32,000 nt of DNA from NCBI GenBank assembly GCA_001799895.1, contig MGUI01000052.1, forward strand, positions 87,029-119,028, given 5' to 3'. The notes below the pieces were generated by a model, which was not told where the DNA came from, made no database searches, and was given only the letters and a program-made list of their open reading frames with translations. The position numbers and the translations under genes were made by a program. Below are positions 29,141 to 32,000 of the stretch, piece after piece (within the stretch, counting starts at the first letter, position 1; each line of letters starts with the position of its first letter). Source of the DNA: Elusimicrobia bacterium GWD2_63_28 (GTDB taxonomy: Bacteria > Elusimicrobiota > Elusimicrobia > Elusimicrobiales > UBA9959).

Positions 29141-32000
29141 ATGAAAACGCGCGGGCATAATATATTTGCGCGCCTCTTTGAAAAAGAGGGTGTAAGGGGG
29201 CTATTGGCCGCGGGGCTGCTGGCCGCCCCGCTGGCGCTTTATGTCACCGCGCGCGCGGCCGACTGGTTCCCCGGCAACGGCGCCGCCATGAGCGCCCCCA
29301 GCGCGGAGTTCTACCTGCCCTCCCCGGAACTGATGGCCCAGTGCGGCGTGCTGAAGACCGTAAAGCTGGACGGCGGCGCCGACCATGTCTCCATTCAGGT
29401 AGCCGTCGATTCCCTGGGGGTGAGCCTGAGCACCAACTCCTGCGTGGTGGTGCTCGACCAGAGCACCTACCCCGAAGCCGTCAGCCTTAGCGGCATAGAT
29501 ACCGGCGGTTACAGGCTGCGCATAGTGAAAGATCCTACCATGACCGGGGCCCCTACGGTGCAGCCAGGCGTGGCTTCGCCTGCCTTCCAGGTAAACAGCG
29601 ACAGCGTGACAATACGGGGCATAAATATTTCCATGGGCCTGGGTTCGGAGGCCGTGCGGTTCCAGAACAGTGACGCCTGCGAGTTCAGCCAGAGCACCAT
29701 AACCCACAGCGGCGGCACCTACGCCATTTATTTCAACGGGGCCTCCTCCAATACCGTTTCAGAGGTCTACGTCTCCAACCTGTCTGGAGACGGGCTGCAT
29801 TTTACTAACGGCTCCAACTCCAACTACGTGGAACTGTCCATGCTTGACATCGCAGGCGCTGACATGTCAGGCGCGTATTTTGAGGCCTCTTCATCCAATA
29901 CCGTAACCGGCAGTTTCTTTACAAATCCCGGCGGCTATGGCGCGCATTTTGGCAGTGCAGCCAGTTACAACACCGTGAGTTTAAGCACCATGACCGGCAT
30001 AGCCGGGACGGACCGGCCGGCTTATTACGAAAACATCGCCGGCGCCGGCAACAGGATAGAGGACAGCTACCTCGCCAACATCGGCGGCACGCCGCTCTAT
30101 TTCGGCACGGCCGGCACCGTAAGCGGGAGCGTCATTATTTCCGGCACGGTCGGGATGTACGCCGTGCATTTCGCGGCCTCTAACGCACTGGTGACCGGCA
30201 GTTATGTCAGCAACAGCGCCGGCACGGCGGTACTGGCCAACACCGGCGGCGGCAACAGGATAGAGAACAGCACGGTCACGGCTGCCGCTGGCGCCGGTTC
30301 TTACGCGGTCTCCTTCAACACGGGCGGCAATACGCTGGCCGACAGCTATGTCAGCAACAGCGCCGGCACCGCGGTATATCTCTCCGGCACGGGCAACGCG
30401 GTAAGCGGCAGCACGGTGACCGGCAACGGGGCGGGCGGCTATGCCATCCAGGCCAGCGCGGCCTCGAACACGCTGGTAACCCGGAGCCTCCTGCACAACC
30501 CTATGGGCACCAGCGTGAGCTTCTCTAATTGGGGGAGCGCGAACACAATAAGCTACAGCACCGTAACCAACGGCGCCGGCAATTATCCCGCGCTTAACTT
30601 TTCCCAGGCGCCCGACTCCGTAGTCGCGGACTGTTATGTGGCCGGCTCTACCGCGGCCTATGTGCGGGAGTCCGACCCGACGCGGCTTTACCGTAACGTG
30701 CTGGTCAGCACCTGGACCGGCGGCCTGGGGCTGGTGATAGAGGGTTACGGTGTCTACACCGCCTCGAATAACGTAATTTCCGGCGGTCCCGGCGGTACGG
30801 CGATAAGCTTGGACAAGCAGAGCAGCGGTTCCGTTATACTTTCCTCAAACGCAGTAGGCGGCGGCTCTTACGGCGTGGTGTTTCCCTCGGCTTTTGTGAC
30901 GCTTTCCATCAGCACCCTGACCTTCCGGGCCCTGTCGCCGGGCGCCACGGCCATACAGATGCTGAATTCCAATTACAGCTTAACCATTTCTTCGGTGCAC
31001 TTCGACAGTACCGATATAGCCGTGAACATAAACGCCGCGGCCATGACGGGCGGCGGCATAAATGTCACTTATCCCTTTGGCCAGAGCGCCTCGCAGTATC
31101 TGGCCATTGACCCCGGCAACCGCATAACCTGGCCCTGGCCCTACGCGCGGTCGCTGATGGGGGTGTACGGCAGCACCATCAGCGTGGGCGTGGGCACCGT
31201 CGACGCCCTTGGCTACCAGGTAGTGGCCTCCACCGACGAATACTTTAACGGGGATGTGATCTCCACCGCCACGGCGCAGCAGCTGTCAGTGCTGGACCTG
31301 ACCGGCCTGGCCCACAACACCACCTATTATGTGACCGCGGGCGCGCTGTGGGACCAGACCACCTATTATTATCCCACGCCCAACATGACCCCGGTGACGC
31401 TGATAGAGGAACCGACCGGCGTCTACTTCGACGAGGTGGGCAGCAACACCATAGTGGCCTCCGCCTACGCCCCCGGCGCGGCCTTCACCGGCCTGGAGCG
31501 CGAAGGCACCGCCGTGGCTGTGACCACCGACACAATTTTCGAGGCCTGGGGCTCCACCGGCAATTACTGGACTTCTAAGACGCAGATTCCGTCCCCGCGC
31601 ACCTTTGCGGCGGCCGCCGCGGTTGGCGGGAAAGTTTATGTTGTCGGGGGAGCTTACGGCGGGGCGGCGCTGGATGCTAACGAGGAGTACGATCCGGCGC
31701 TAAATATCTGGACGCCGAAAGCTTCCATGCCTACCGCCAGAGAGTACCTCGCCGCTGTCTCCCTGGCCGGCAAAGTGTATGCCTCAGGCGGCGATAACTA
31801 TGTCGGCACGTACCTGGGCGCCAATGAAGTCTATGACCCGGTTTCCAATTCCTGGCAGACAAAGGCGCCGATGCCTACCCCGCGTGCCGCTTTTGCCGCC
31901 GCGGCATCTGGCGGCCGTGTATATGCCATAGGCGGCTCGGACGGTTCTTATCTGGGTGTTAACGAAGAGTATGATCCGGCCTCTGATACCTGGGCGACAA
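29141..32000 (+). CDS. Second giant exported or surface protein, 3'-truncated by the window end (over 950 aa visible)
   Basis: It is absent from the ORF track because no stop falls in the window. Hand translation from ATG 29141 stays open to 32000, and an in-frame stop lies upstream at 29105-29107. The N-terminus MKTRGHNIFARLFEKEGVRGLLAAGLLAAPLALYVTARAADW is signal-like. Beta-helix repeats (NTVS/NRIEDSY.. periodicity) run from about 29400 to 31100. An FN3-like segment with NTTYYVTAGALWDQTTYYY...GVYFDEVGSNTIVASAYAP parallels 22930-23080 of the first giant. Kelch repeats start at about 31570 (GGKVYVVGG...EEYDPALNIW). Confidence 0.85.
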   Translation, partial: MKTRGHNIFARLFEKEGVRGLLAAGLLAAPLALYVTARAADWFPGNGAAMSAPSAEFYLPSPELMAQCGVLKTVKLDGGADHVSIQVAVDSLGVSLSTNSCVVVLDQSTYPEAVSLSGIDTGGYRLRIVKDPTMTGAPTVQPGVASPAFQVNSDSVTIRGINISMGLGSEAVRFQNSDACEFSQSTITHSGGTYAIYFNGASSNTVSEVYVSNLSGDGLHFTNGSNSNYVELSMLDIAGADMSGAYFEASSSNTVTGSFFTNPGGYGAHFGSAASYNTVSLSTMTGIAGTDRPAYYENIAGAGNRIEDSYLANIGGTPLYFGTAGTVSGSVIISGTVGMYAVHFAASNALVTGSYVSNSAGTAVLANTGGGNRIENSTVTAAAGAGSYAVSFNTGGNTLADSYVSNSAGTAVYLSGTGNAVSGSTVTGNGAGGYAIQASAASNTLVTRSLLHNPMGTSVSFSNWGSANTISYSTVTNGAGNYPALNFSQAPDSVVADCYVAGSTAAYVRESDPTRLYRNVLVSTWTGGLGLVIEGYGVYTASNNVISGGPGGTAISLDKQSSGSVILSSNAVGGGSYGVVFPSAFVTLSISTLTFRALSPGATAIQMLNSNYSLTISSVHFDSTDIAVNINAAAMTGGGINVTYPFGQSASQYLAIDPGNRITWPWPYARSLMGVYGSTISVGVGTVDALGYQVVASTDEYFNGDVISTATAQQLSVLDLTGLAHNTTYYVTAGALWDQTTYYYPTPNMTPVTLIEEPTGVYFDEVGSNTIVASAYAPGAAFTGLEREGTAVAVTTDTIFEAWGSTGNYWTSKTQIPSPRTFAAAAAVGGKVYVVGGAYGGAALDANEEYDPALNIWTPKASMPTAREYLAAVSLAGKVYASGGDNYVGTYLGANEVYDPVSNSWQTKAPMPTPRAAFAAAASGGRVYAIGGSDGSYLGVNEEYDPASDTWAT

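Overview
GC-rich bacterial chromosomal window; the lineage cannot be assigned from sequence alone. It is densely coded with housekeeping operons, followed by a cell-surface locus. No transposase, integrase, CRISPR array, tRNA or rRNA was recognised.

Gene content, left to right:
1. A TrpR-fold (YerC/YecD-like) regulator, an orphan trpB and a free-Met-R-sulfoxide reductase form one operon, behind a promoter carrying a perfect 20-bp palindrome.
2. A signal-peptide-bearing barstar-like protein lies on the minus strand.
3. A DJ-1/PfpI gene and a cytochrome b5-like gene form a pair.
4. A roughly 8.9-kb, ten-gene minus-strand operon encodes chorismate mutase, DAHP synthase, aroE, aroC, aroK, aroB, aroQ and aroA, plus two exported proteins (a Zn-ribbon protein and a HEAT-repeat protein).
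5. prfB (no programmed frameshift), a TatD-family gene and a split metH (catalytic body plus a separate activation-domain gene) form one plus-strand operon.
6. A roughly 320-bp non-coding region holds a 19-bp-stem hairpin and two tandem units, each a near-consensus promoter followed directly by a 47-nt hairpin with a U-tract.
7. A WG-repeat protein, coaD and a FecR-domain protein follow.
8. A predicted exported protein precedes two tandem giant surface proteins. The first is about 2339 aa. The second is over 950 aa, runs off the window and is absent from the ORF track.

The two items most worth follow-up are the twin promoter-hairpin RNA units (18343-18591) and the giant-protein locus, whose first member ends in an FGE-sulfatase/C-type-lectin-fold domain. 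Most long ORFs antisense to these genes are GC-driven shadow ORFs and were rejected.
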